NCBI GenBank assembly: GCA_043738625.1
Contig: JAYUFR010000221.1
Location: 2,326-66,325, forward strand
Reading direction: 5' to 3'
Length of the DNA: 64,000 bases
From: Sterolibacteriaceae bacterium
GTDB taxonomy: Bacteria; Pseudomonadota; Gammaproteobacteria; Burkholderiales; Rhodocyclaceae
Position 1 is the first letter of the stretch, and each line of letters starts with the position of its first letter. Below, one piece after another: positions 53,401-62,997 of the stretch. The notes beneath the pieces are model-generated. The model saw nothing but the letters and a program-made list of their open reading frames with translations. It was not told where the DNA came from and made no database searches. The position numbers were made by a program, and so were the translations under genes.

Positions 53401-54582
53401 ATGTCCTTAGAATCGCTATTTTCTTCGTCCTTGGTCGACACCGCCGATCATCACCGCGAACTGCGCGAAAGCGTCGGCAAGCTGGTTAGCAAATTCGGTC
53501 GCCGCTATTTCCAAGAGGTGGTCGCCAGCGGCAGACCGCCTACAGAACTGTGGCAGGCACTCGGCACGGCAGGATTTCTGGGTGTCCATGTACCGGAAGT
53601 GTATGGCGGCGGCGGCGGCGGTCTTGCTGAACTTAACATCGCCATCGAAGAAACGGCAGCGCAAGGCTGCCCGCTATTGTCCATGGTTATCGCGGCGATT
53701 ATCGCGCCTATTATTACGAGTTTCGGCTCCGAGAAACTCAAGACGGCATGGCTGCCCGGGCTCGCCAATGGCACTCGACGGATGGCCTTTGCGATTACGG
53801 AACCGAATGCAGGTTCGAATACGCATAAAATTTCTACCAATGCGCACGCCAAGGGCAATGGATGGGTACTCAACGGTGCCAAGTACTGGACCTCTGCAAT
53901 CGATGAGTCTGAGGCGGTAATGGTGGTTGCGCGTCACGGGGATGCTGCTGCCGATGGTCAACGCTCGGCGTTGTCACTGTTCATAGTTCCGACCGCAACG
54001 CCCGGAATCACCATGCATCGGATCGATGCCGCCCTTAAGACACCTGAAAAACAATTCTCAGTGTTTTTCGACAATGTCGAGTTGGAGGGCGAAGCGCTGA
54101 TTGGGGAACCGGGCGCCGGCCTTCGACAGGTGTTTGTTGGCCTCAATGCAGAACGGATTTCCGCCGCCGCTATCAATAATGGTATTTCACGTTTCGCGAT
54201 TTCCAAAGCCGCGCAATATGCCACCGACCGGACGGTCTGGAAGTCCCCCATCGGCGCTCACCAAGGGTTGGCGCACCCGTTGGCGGAAAGCTACATTGCC
54301 GTGCAAGCCGCAAGGTTGTTAACCGCACGAGCAGCGCAGCTGTGTGACCTGGGTGAAGATGCGGCCGAGGCCGCCAATATGGCGAAATTTTCAGCCGCTG
54401 AATCTTCACTCAAAGCCCTCGATCAGGCGATTCAGATTCATGGGGGTAATGGACTTTCCTATGAATATGGTCTCGCAGATCTATGGTTCATCGCACGCTT
54501 GCACAAGACTGCACCGGTCAGTCGCGAGATGATCCTGAACTTTGTTGCGCAGCATAGCTTGGGGCTTCCCAAGAGTTATTGA
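53401..54582 (+). CDS. acyl-CoA dehydrogenase family protein
   Basis: The start is MSLESLFSSS at 53401; the track start at 53224 lies inside the HADH gene. AFAITEPNAGSNT, YWTSAIDES and QIHGGNGLSYEYGL are typical. Confidence 0.9.
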   Translation: MSLESLFSSSLVDTADHHRELRESVGKLVSKFGRRYFQEVVASGRPPTELWQALGTAGFLGVHVPEVYGGGGGGLAELNIAIEETAAQGCPLLSMVIAAIIAPIITSFGSEKLKTAWLPGLANGTRRMAFAITEPNAGSNTHKISTNAHAKGNGWVLNGAKYWTSAIDESEAVMVVARHGDAAADGQRSALSLFIVPTATPGITMHRIDAALKTPEKQFSVFFDNVELEGEALIGEPGAGLRQVFVGLNAERISAAAINNGISRFAISKAAQYATDRTVWKSPIGAHQGLAHPLAESYIAVQAARLLTARAAQLCDLGEDAAEAANMAKFSAAESSLKALDQAIQIHGGNGLSYEYGLADLWFIARLHKTAPVSREMILNFVAQHSLGLPKSY

Positions 54583-54584
54583 AC

Positions 54585-56153
54585 ATGGGGGCGTTGCACA
54601 AGGGACCTCGACTCCCTGAAAAAGAAGCCCGGGGCCCGAGCTTATTGGATATTTTGCGCGCTCATGCCGCGCGGATACCGGGGTCGCCATGCCTGTCGTT
54701 CGAGGCAGGTACGCTGACCTTCCGCACGCTGCACGAACGTAGCAGCCGCGTCGCCAATGCGCTGCGGAACAGTGGCGTTCGGCCGGGTGATCGAATCGCC
54801 GTAATCGCGCGCAACCTACCGCTGTATTACGAACTGTTTTTCGGTTGTGCCAAGGCCGCCGCGATTATGCTGCCCATCAATTGGCGGCTCTCGCCGGCGG
54901 AAGTTGCGGCAATACTCATCGATGCGAGTCCGACGCTAATACTAATCAGCGATGAGTTCCAATCCTTGCTATCGCAGATGCCGTCAGGACCTATGGTGAT
55001 CGATTTAGACCGTACGTATAGCACCTGGCGGGACGCAGCATCTCCCGTAGATCCGAACCAACCGAGCGCACCCGACGATGCGATACTTATACTCTACACC
55101 TCAGGGACAACCGGACTGCCGAAAGGCGCGACGATTAGCCACGATAACCTATCGTACGTCGAGCGCATGGCTCGCGAAGCGTGGGGCTTTACCGCTACGA
55201 GCGTCAATCTCGTGGCAATGCCGCTTTTTCATATCGGCGGAATCGGTTACGGCATGATGGCGCTGAGCCAAGGGGGGCACACCGTGCTGCTACAACAACC
55301 GGCACCGCCGGTTGTGATTGAGGCAATCCGCCGTCATTCTGTCACGCACGCTTTTTTTGTGCCGGCGGTGATCCAGATGCTAGTCGATGCGCCGGGTGTG
55401 GATGAGATGAACTTGAGCAGCCTGCAGCGCATCCTGTACGGCGCTTCCCCCATTAGCGAAATGCTGGTGAAACGTGCGATTGCGGTTTTCGGCTGCGCGT
55501 TCAATCATGCCTATGGAATGACCGAGACGGCGGGCACGGTCATCACGCTTGCACCACAAGATCATGATCCGGGCGGCCCGCTGGTGCATCGCCTGCGATC
55601 TTGCGGTTTGCCTTTGCCCTGGGTCGAATTGGCTCTCATCAATCCGGTAACCGGTGAGGCAGTGCCGAGCGGCGAGGTTGGAGAAATCCGGATACGATCG
55701 CGAATGACCATGTTAGGTTACTGGCGCAAACCGGCAGAAACTGCCGCGACCATCACCTCCGATGGCTGGCTGTGCACGGGCGATGCAGCCTTTCAGGATG
55801 CCGATGGCTATATTTACATTCATGATCGTTACAAGGACATGATCGTTTCGGGTGGCGAAAACATTTACCCGACCGAGATCGAAAATGTTCTGTCCGATCA
55901 CCCCGGAGTCGCCGAGGTTGCGGTAATTGGCGTCCCGCATCCGCGCTGGGGCGAAACGCCCAAGGCCTTTGTCGTGGCGAGCAACGCGATACAGCCGTCA
56001 GCGGCAGAGTTGATTGCGTTCACGCGCAGCCGTCTGGCGCATTATAAATGTCCAACCTCTGTGGTGTTCGTAGCAACACTGCCGCGCAATGCCTCAGGCA
56101 AAATTTTAAAACGTGCCATGCGTGACGAAGCCTGGTTGCGCAGTCAACCATGA
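54585..56153 (+). CDS. AMP-dependent synthetase/ligase (acyl-CoA synthetase)
   Basis: ILYTSGTTGLPKGATISH, YGMTETAG, GWLCTGDAA and ASGKILKR. ATG 54585 is preferred. The alternative TTG at 54579 overlaps the ACAD stop. Confidence 0.9.
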   Translation: MGALHKGPRLPEKEARGPSLLDILRAHAARIPGSPCLSFEAGTLTFRTLHERSSRVANALRNSGVRPGDRIAVIARNLPLYYELFFGCAKAAAIMLPINWRLSPAEVAAILIDASPTLILISDEFQSLLSQMPSGPMVIDLDRTYSTWRDAASPVDPNQPSAPDDAILILYTSGTTGLPKGATISHDNLSYVERMAREAWGFTATSVNLVAMPLFHIGGIGYGMMALSQGGHTVLLQQPAPPVVIEAIRRHSVTHAFFVPAVIQMLVDAPGVDEMNLSSLQRILYGASPISEMLVKRAIAVFGCAFNHAYGMTETAGTVITLAPQDHDPGGPLVHRLRSCGLPLPWVELALINPVTGEAVPSGEVGEIRIRSRMTMLGYWRKPAETAATITSDGWLCTGDAAFQDADGYIYIHDRYKDMIVSGGENIYPTEIENVLSDHPGVAEVAVIGVPHPRWGETPKAFVVASNAIQPSAAELIAFTRSRLAHYKCPTSVVFVATLPRNASGKILKRAMRDEAWLRSQP

Positions 56154-56956
56154 GTAACTCGATTAGCGCCCCAGCGCGGCTGCTGCGTAGCTTCGCGCTC
56201 GACTTTTTGACTTGTCATGATCTGAGTGCGGCCAGCCGGATCATGGATACCGACTATCGCTTGAGCATCGGCGGTCATGTTTTGGACGGTCGTGATAAGG
56301 CCTATCTGCCGGCAACCGCCGCGCAGCTCGAACAATTCCCAGGGCTTGTGGTCACGGTACATGATGTCGTGCTCGGCCCGGATGCAATGGCGATGCGCTT
56401 CACTGAACATGGCGTATCCGCTAAGCACAAGGGTCGGGCCGCAGCTTGGGGCGGTGTGAGCCTGTTTCGGATAAAAAATGATCGCTTGCGTTATGGCTGG
56501 GCGGAAGAAGACTATTTTGCCCGCAAGCGCCAGCTTGCAACCGGGCATTGCGATCCGGTGAAGCCACCGCATCCTGCGCCTTGGGATGTGGGGGTTGAGT
56601 TGCCCAATGACGCGGCAACCGACATTGCACTTGTTTGGCTCAAAGATCCAGGGGCAATCGCCAACACTGCAAACATCGACGAAATCAGTTCTGCCGGTCC
56701 TTCCTTCGCTGAGTTAATCACGGTCGATACATTTTGCGTTGATGAAATTTTCTCAGCGGGTCAGCGAGTTGCCTTTCGTATTGTCGGCCATGGGGGCTAC
56801 GCGGGTGGTTTCACAGACATCGACAGATCTTTGATTGGCCAGCGCGTCGCCATAAGTATCGCGGGATTACTGACTGTGCGCCTCGGCCAAGTCGTGGAAG
56901 TGCAGATTGTTTTCGATCGGCTGGGCCTGCACCGTTCCCTACTGAAGCAAGCATGA
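56150..56956 (+). CDS. hypothetical protein with two tandem SnoaL/NTF2-like (ester-cyclase-like) halves
   Basis: The ATG overlaps the upstream TGA (ATGA). The N-terminal half (...LTCHDLSAASRIMDTDYRLSIGG...MRFTEHG...WGGVSLFRIKNDRLRYGWAEEDY) and the C-terminal half (...VDEIFSAGQRVAFRIVGHGGYAGGF...GLLTVRLGQVVEVQIVFDRLGL) both read like SnoaL-type alpha+beta barrels. By-eye call. Confidence 0.55.
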   Translation: MSNSISAPARLLRSFALDFLTCHDLSAASRIMDTDYRLSIGGHVLDGRDKAYLPATAAQLEQFPGLVVTVHDVVLGPDAMAMRFTEHGVSAKHKGRAAAWGGVSLFRIKNDRLRYGWAEEDYFARKRQLATGHCDPVKPPHPAPWDVGVELPNDAATDIALVWLKDPGAIANTANIDEISSAGPSFAELITVDTFCVDEIFSAGQRVAFRIVGHGGYAGGFTDIDRSLIGQRVAISIAGLLTVRLGQVVEVQIVFDRLGLHRSLLKQA

Positions 56957-56963
56957 GCTGATT

Positions 56964-57776
56964 ATGGCACGCAGAATCGTCGATCTATCAATCTTCCTTG
57001 AGAACGATGTCATTTCCGATCCTCCGGGTTATCGGCCCAAGATCAGCTATATCGATCACAAAATGTCGGTGCCCGAGCTAATGGGTTTTTTCCCGGGCTT
57101 AAAGCCAGCAGACCTTCCGGCCGGCGAAGCCTGGGCGATCGAGAAGATAGAACTCATCACGCACAATGGTACTCATCTCGACGCGCCCTATCATTTCGCT
57201 TCGACCATGAACAATGGCGAGCGTGCGATTACCATTGACGAAGTGCCACTCGAGTGGTGTTTCCAACCCGGTGTAAAACTCGACTTCCGTCACTTTGCGG
57301 ACGGCTATGTGGTCACTGCCGAAGATATCGATGAGGAACTCGCCAAGATCGGCCATCGCTTAGCGCCGCTTGAAATCGTCTTGATCAACACGCGCGCTGG
57401 ATTGCGTTACGGCCACGACGATTATGTCGCGTCGGGCTGCGGCATGGGACGTGCGGCGACATTGCGGATGCTGGAGGCGGGTGTTCGCGTAACCGGTACC
57501 GATGGTTGGAGTTGGGACGCGCCTTTCTCTGAGACCGCGAAGCGCTATGCCGGGAGCGGTGATCCCAGTGTCATCTGGGAAGGTCACAAGGCCAGCCTCG
57601 AGATTGGCTACTGCCACTTAGAAAAATTACACAATCTTGAAGTGCTGCCGCCGACGGGTTTCATGGTGTCTTGTTTTCCATTCAAAATCCGCGGTGCCTC
57701 GGCGGGCTTTACCCGCGCTGTCGCTATCTTTGAGGATCCGGACAGGTTGGAACTAACTTCCGAACGCCCGCTTTAG
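56964..57776 (+). CDS. cyclase family protein (PF04199-like metal-dependent hydrolase)
   Basis: The metal motif is ITHNGTHLDAPYHF. The GVKLDF and VTGTDGWSWD segments are also present. This is the second member of the family in the window. Confidence 0.8.
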   Translation: MARRIVDLSIFLENDVISDPPGYRPKISYIDHKMSVPELMGFFPGLKPADLPAGEAWAIEKIELITHNGTHLDAPYHFASTMNNGERAITIDEVPLEWCFQPGVKLDFRHFADGYVVTAEDIDEELAKIGHRLAPLEIVLINTRAGLRYGHDDYVASGCGMGRAATLRMLEAGVRVTGTDGWSWDAPFSETAKRYAGSGDPSVIWEGHKASLEIGYCHLEKLHNLEVLPPTGFMVSCFPFKIRGASAGFTRAVAIFEDPDRLELTSERPL

Positions 57777-58694
57777 CGCGCGCTGCCGATCCACCCCAAA
57801 CTGTTGCGAGACGCGCGCGCCTGTCACTCGTTCAAAACCATGATATGCACCGGGATACAGGTGCAATTCAACCTTGACATCGTCGTCCAACAGGCGCCGC
57901 GCAAAATTTAAGTCTTCTTGGGCAAACAGATCGAGACTGCCGACTGCAATGAAGGTGTCGGGCAGTCCTGCGTAGGTTTTGGCGCGTGCGGGAACAGCGT
58001 AGGCGATTGCCGAATTATCGTCTATCGCACCGATCAAAGCGTTCCAGCCGAAGCGATTCGAAGCGCATGACCAACTCATGTCGCGCGACCTCATCGACTG
58101 TTCGTTGCAGCTGGTGCGATCGTCCAGCATCGGCGCAACCAGCGACAGGAAACTGACCGGGCACTCGTTCCCGTCACGCACGAGCAGTGCAAGGCCGACC
58201 GCCATACCTGCACCGGCGCTCTCTCCGGCAATGGCAATGCGTCCGCTATCAATGCCTAATTCAGCCGCATGCAGATACAGCCATCGCAGAGCCGCAAGAC
58301 AGTCCTGAAGGCCGGCCGGATAGGGATTTTCAGGTGCCAGGCGATAGGCCACGGAAACGACGACGCAAGCGACTTCGCTCACGAATTGCCGATGTTGCGC
58401 ATCCGACATCTCGGGCATGCCCATGATATGCCCGCCGGCATGAATATGCAGGATGGCGGGCCGGGCGCCACCGGCCGATAGCCCGTAAATTAACAAGCGC
58501 ACGTTTGGCGCGCCATTGAATCCCGGGATTCGCCGCTCCTCGCAGGGGATAGCCAAATTATCAAGCGACGGCACGGCACCCATTCTTGCCGCGAGACCCG
58601 CGCGAATCTCCGGCAATATCGCATCCGTCAGATCAAAGCGCGGATACTGTTCCAGAAATGGCAAAAGCTCCGGATCGACGTTGCGCCTCGACAT
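57753..58694 (-). CDS. alpha/beta hydrolase, HSL-family esterase
   Basis: ILHIHAGGHIMG (oxyanion box variant), GESAGAG, and C-terminal YPGAYHGF. The 3' end overlaps the convergent cyclase gene by 24 nt. Confidence 0.85.
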   Translation of the reverse strand: MSRRNVDPELLPFLEQYPRFDLTDAILPEIRAGLAARMGAVPSLDNLAIPCEERRIPGFNGAPNVRLLIYGLSAGGARPAILHIHAGGHIMGMPEMSDAQHRQFVSEVACVVVSVAYRLAPENPYPAGLQDCLAALRWLYLHAAELGIDSGRIAIAGESAGAGMAVGLALLVRDGNECPVSFLSLVAPMLDDRTSCNEQSMRSRDMSWSCASNRFGWNALIGAIDDNSAIAYAVPARAKTYAGLPDTFIAVGSLDLFAQEDLNFARRLLDDDVKVELHLYPGAYHGFERVTGARVSQQFGVDRQRALKRAFGS

Positions 58695-58721
58695 CCTGCC
58701 CCCCTACTCTGCCAACTGAGA

Positions 58722-60479
58722 TCAGGCGGCCACTTGCGGAGTGAAGGCATTCGGTGCGCTGCGCAGCAGCCGTCCGGGCAGCTCGCCGCTGGCGACGCCG
58801 TTTTCGAAGGTGACTATCCCACTGACGATCGTGGCTCGATATCCCGTCGCGGTTTGGATCAGGCGCTTGCCGCCGGCCGGCAGATCAGGAATCATCTTCG
58901 GACGGGAACTCGACAATTTGTCGTAGTCAATAATGTTGATGTCAGCTTTCATGCCAGGTGCCAGTACGCCACGATCGTTGAGCCCATACAATCGAGCAGT
59001 TGAGCGCGTCTGTTTCTCGACCGCTAATTCGATGCTGACTTTCGCGCCCGCGCGATCGCGCGTCCAGTGGCTGAGCAGAAATGTCGGCATCGCGGCGTCG
59101 CAAATTGCGCCGCAGTGGGCGCCGGCGTCGGACCCGGCAACAACGACCGATTCGTTATTGAGAAGCTCGTAGATAAAGTCCAGGTGATATTCGCCGTAGT
59201 TCGCCAGAATGAGAAAAATACTGCCGCTGCCGTCATTCTCCATCATGATTTCATAGAGCACTTCATCCGCGGTCTGGTGGGCGCGTTTGGCGATCTCTTG
59301 AACACTGGTCTCAAGTTTTGGCTCATAGTCCAATGAGCCGTCGGCTTGTTCGAGTCGGAACATCAAATCGAAGCGAACCGCCGTTCCTTCGAAAGGTAGC
59401 TTGGCCGACTTCTCGGAAAGGATGGCCGCGCGCGTCGCCGGGTCGCGAAGTTTCTGCAGTTGTTCAGCGAAGGGAAGTTTTGCGATTTTGTCATAGGAGG
59501 GACGTCCCATGAACAGATGAAAGCTACTTTGCCAGCCCATGATGACGCCGATCGGCCGCATGCTCACCTGCGGATGAATGCGCGCACCGTCTCGCTGTGC
59601 CTTGGTCGTCATCTCAATGATTGAGCGCCATTTCTGGGTGTTGCCCGGGTCCTGCATAAGGATGTAAGTGAACTTCACCTGGTTCTTGGTCGAGATATCG
59701 GACATCCAATTGATGTCTTCTTGGGCGGACAAGCTTTCGGGTATGCCCTCCCAATTCAGATCCGAGACGACTTCGAATACACCATGGCCGGCCTGCTGGA
59801 GCGCATTACCGAAAGCTTGCATTTCCGCGATGCTGCCCCTAGTTCCGGGAACCACTTCTCCGTCCTTGGTGCGATGCGCCGTAATACGTGAGGTCGTGAA
59901 TCCGAAAGCGCCGGCGTCCAAAGCCTCGCGGACCAGCGTCGACATGCTCTCGATTTCATCGGCAGTTGCGGGTCCGTTGGCCCCTCCCCTTTCACCCATC
60001 ACATAGGTACGGACCGCCGCGTGCGGCACCTGTGCCGCGACATCCATTGCATAGGATTTGGTCCCAAGGGCGTTCAAGTATTCCGGGAAAGTCTCCCACT
60101 CCCAGGTGATGCCTTCCGTCAGAGCGGTTCCGGGGATGTCCTCCACCCCTTCCATGATATTGATGAGCCGTTCTCTAAACGCCGGTCGCACGGGCGCAAA
60201 TCCCACTCCACAGTTGCCCATCACCACGGTCGTTACGCCGTGCCAGCAGGAGGGCGATAAAAAAGGATCCCAACTCACCTGCCCATCATAATGGGTGTGA
60301 ATATCCACCCAGCCCGGCGTCACAAGATGGCCGCTGGCATCGATTTCCTTTTTACCGCGTCCAGGAATCGATCCGACTGCCGTGATCGTATTTCCATCGA
60401 CAGCGACATCCGCTTTGCGCCGCGGCGCTCCGGTTCCATCCACCACCATTCCGTTACGAATTACCAGATCGTGCATCAT
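58722..60479 (-). CDS. amidohydrolase family protein (N-acyl-D-amino-acid deacylase / D-aminoacylase-like)
   Basis: I prefer the start at MMHDLVIRNGMVVDGTG (60479) after AAGGAG. GHLVTPGWVDIHTHYDGQ, VVMGNCG and SDAGAH are signatures of the D-aminoacylase branch. Confidence 0.85.
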   Translation of the reverse strand: MMHDLVIRNGMVVDGTGAPRRKADVAVDGNTITAVGSIPGRGKKEIDASGHLVTPGWVDIHTHYDGQVSWDPFLSPSCWHGVTTVVMGNCGVGFAPVRPAFRERLINIMEGVEDIPGTALTEGITWEWETFPEYLNALGTKSYAMDVAAQVPHAAVRTYVMGERGGANGPATADEIESMSTLVREALDAGAFGFTTSRITAHRTKDGEVVPGTRGSIAEMQAFGNALQQAGHGVFEVVSDLNWEGIPESLSAQEDINWMSDISTKNQVKFTYILMQDPGNTQKWRSIIEMTTKAQRDGARIHPQVSMRPIGVIMGWQSSFHLFMGRPSYDKIAKLPFAEQLQKLRDPATRAAILSEKSAKLPFEGTAVRFDLMFRLEQADGSLDYEPKLETSVQEIAKRAHQTADEVLYEIMMENDGSGSIFLILANYGEYHLDFIYELLNNESVVVAGSDAGAHCGAICDAAMPTFLLSHWTRDRAGAKVSIELAVEKQTRSTARLYGLNDRGVLAPGMKADINIIDYDKLSSSRPKMIPDLPAGGKRLIQTATGYRATIVSGIVTFENGVASGELPGRLLRSAPNAFTPQVAA

Positions 60480-60504
60480 GGCCGACTCCTTAGAACTTGT
60501 AGCG

Positions 60505-62940
60505 TTAAAACTTATAACGCGCCTCGACCACGATGGTACGAGGGGCACCCGGGACTTCCGTATTCAAAGCGAACAGGCTGTAAAAAGCCAGCCCGCCGAC
60601 GTAGTAGACATGGTTGAAGGCATTCTTAAGGTTCGCTGTGACCGACCAGCCGGCCTCCTTATCCTCGAGCCCCAATCTAAAATCCGCAATCCCATACCCG
60701 GGCAACACCGCACCGGCATTGAGCGAATTAACCGACGAGCTGTAGTAGGTGAGGCCTTGCGCATAGGCATCTGCGCGCAGCGAGGCGGTCAATCGAGCAT
60801 TCACCGGAACGTCGACTTCCGCGTAGGTCGAGCCTGACCATTTCGGCGTGTCCGGATAGGGACCGAAAAGGGCCGGTACATTTCCCGGTACCGTGACAAC
60901 GTTATCGGTAAATCGCGCGTCGGTGCCATTGAGGCTAGCTCCCATCGTCAGCCAGGAAGTGGGTTTGATGGTGCCATCAATCTCGACGCCTTTCACTGTG
61001 GACTTAGGCACATTGACGGTGATACCCGCCAGGGCCCCAAAGATCGAAACGTAGTTCGCGCGCTGAATATCCTTTATCGACATGTAATATGCAGCAATAT
61101 TCAAGCGCACCGGCATATCGGCGAGCTCGCCCTTGAATTTCACACCGAGTTCGAAGTCGGTGGCGACTTCGGGCTTGTATTCGCTGCCACCCTGGTTGCC
61201 GAAGCCCGCCAACGGCGGCGCGAAGAAATTGAAGCCACCGCTGCGATTGCCGCGCCGTGAAACAGCATAGAGCAGTAGATCTGGATTAACCTGATCTTGT
61301 AAACCAATCTGCCAGCTGAAATTATTGAAAGTATCCGATAAAGGGTTGGTAAAAGTTGCGCCCGCAGGGATGGGATGGGTTAAGTACGTGTCTTTGCCCG
61401 AGTGCAGGAACTCTATTTTCTCGGACGTATAGCGCCCGCCGAGGGTGCCACTAAGACCGTGAAGTCCGACGAGATCGCTAAGATCGTAGGTTCCTTGGGC
61501 ATAACCGGCATAGGTTTTGTCCTTAAATTGGCCTTCGTTGAACTGGTCGGCTAATAGGATATAGGGCAACAAATCAAACTCGACACTCTCGGCGAATTCG
61601 TGGGTTTTCTCCGCTGAATAAAACAACCCGGTCACGTAAGACAACTTGCCAGCTTCGGACTTGCCGATGAGCTGAAGTTCGTCTGAAAATTGCGTCTCCG
61701 AAGTTTCGCGTCCACGGGGGGAACCGCCGCCATCGGCAGGAAAGGGCGATCCGTCAAACTCACCGCTATCGTTCTCGTAAAGATGGGTGTAGCCGATGAT
61801 GTTCTTGAGCTGAGTGTCGCTGCCCACGTCGAATTTGCTGGCGTTCGAGATCACCAGATTGTTGTTGCGGTGAAAATCCGGAGCATTAATATCGACCAGG
61901 AACGGACCGCGTTGCCGCTGGGTATCCGCAAATGCGACCAGGCCGTTGGCAAGGTCGCTGGGAGGCGCTTTGCTGGGGTGTGCGGCCAGAAACTTTTGCC
62001 AAAAATTCTGAATCGTCCCGATCCCGAAGGCATCGACGTTAGCAAAAAAAGCAGTGCTTGCGGGCGAGTAAAATAAATTATTCGGGACAAACACGTCTGT
62101 GCCGTTCGGCAATTTTCCGCCGATCGGTAACACATTTTTCAAAACACCGGTGGTGTTGGTTCCGCCCGCGCTCGCACCATCAACCACCAGCTCATTGGTA
62201 ATGCCGTCCGTAGGCTTGGCCGTCAGGCTGATGCGAAAGTTATCCCGCCGCACATCGCCGAGCCGCGAGTTATCGAACAGGTTGAACTGGTATCCGTCGC
62301 GGCGTTGCGAAAACCCCGCCACGCGCAATAGCAGTTTGTCAGCGATAATGGGCAAGTTCAGCACGGCCGTATATTCTCGATCGTTATAGTTACCGGCCCG
62401 CACGCTGATAGATCCGCCGAATTCATTGGTGGGTTTGGCTGTGGTGAGCAGCACGGCGCCCCCTGTAGCGTTGCGGCCGAACAGTGTTCCCTGTGGGCCT
62501 TTGAGCACCTGCACCGATGCGAGATCATAGAGCGCACTGGATGCGGTTCCGCCGACCTGCACTTCATTGAAATAGGGCAGCACACTCGGCCGTGAGCTTG
62601 TGAATGCATCCACCGTCTGACCTCGAAGTGAATAATTGAGCTGGTTGTCATACTGCCCAGCCTTGACGGTCAACCCGGGGACCGCTAATTGCAGATCCTG
62701 TTGGGTAACAATCTCCTGTTTTTCTAAGCTATCCGCGCTGAGCGCCGTAATTGCAACCGGAGTGCGCTCAAGGGTTTCCGCGCGCCGCTGCGCAGTTACT
62801 ATAATTTCGACCAAGCCTTGACTCGCGGCCCCTGCATCGGTCTTGCTTTCCGGCTGTGATGTTTGCGCAATCGCCGTTGAACATTGCAGCGCGCCCAGTA
62901 TCGTGACCGCGAATGCAATAGTTGAAAAATATTTAGCCAT
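60505..62940 (-). CDS. TonB-dependent receptor
   Basis: Signal peptide MAKYFSTIAFAVTILGALQCSTAIAQ, plug motif LVEIIVTAQRRAETLERTPVAITA, and the canonical C-terminus ...VEARYKF. Confidence 0.93.
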   Translation of the reverse strand: MAKYFSTIAFAVTILGALQCSTAIAQTSQPESKTDAGAASQGLVEIIVTAQRRAETLERTPVAITALSADSLEKQEIVTQQDLQLAVPGLTVKAGQYDNQLNYSLRGQTVDAFTSSRPSVLPYFNEVQVGGTASSALYDLASVQVLKGPQGTLFGRNATGGAVLLTTAKPTNEFGGSISVRAGNYNDREYTAVLNLPIIADKLLLRVAGFSQRRDGYQFNLFDNSRLGDVRRDNFRISLTAKPTDGITNELVVDGASAGGTNTTGVLKNVLPIGGKLPNGTDVFVPNNLFYSPASTAFFANVDAFGIGTIQNFWQKFLAAHPSKAPPSDLANGLVAFADTQRQRGPFLVDINAPDFHRNNNLVISNASKFDVGSDTQLKNIIGYTHLYENDSGEFDGSPFPADGGGSPRGRETSETQFSDELQLIGKSEAGKLSYVTGLFYSAEKTHEFAESVEFDLLPYILLADQFNEGQFKDKTYAGYAQGTYDLSDLVGLHGLSGTLGGRYTSEKIEFLHSGKDTYLTHPIPAGATFTNPLSDTFNNFSWQIGLQDQVNPDLLLYAVSRRGNRSGGFNFFAPPLAGFGNQGGSEYKPEVATDFELGVKFKGELADMPVRLNIAAYYMSIKDIQRANYVSIFGALAGITVNVPKSTVKGVEIDGTIKPTSWLTMGASLNGTDARFTDNVVTVPGNVPALFGPYPDTPKWSGSTYAEVDVPVNARLTASLRADAYAQGLTYYSSSVNSLNAGAVLPGYGIADFRLGLEDKEAGWSVTANLKNAFNHVYYVGGLAFYSLFALNTEVPGAPRTIVVEARYKF

Positions 62941-62997
62941 ACCCTTTCCCCTCGTGTTGCTTACCCCGTTGCGAAATAAACACGAAAAGGCGCAAAA

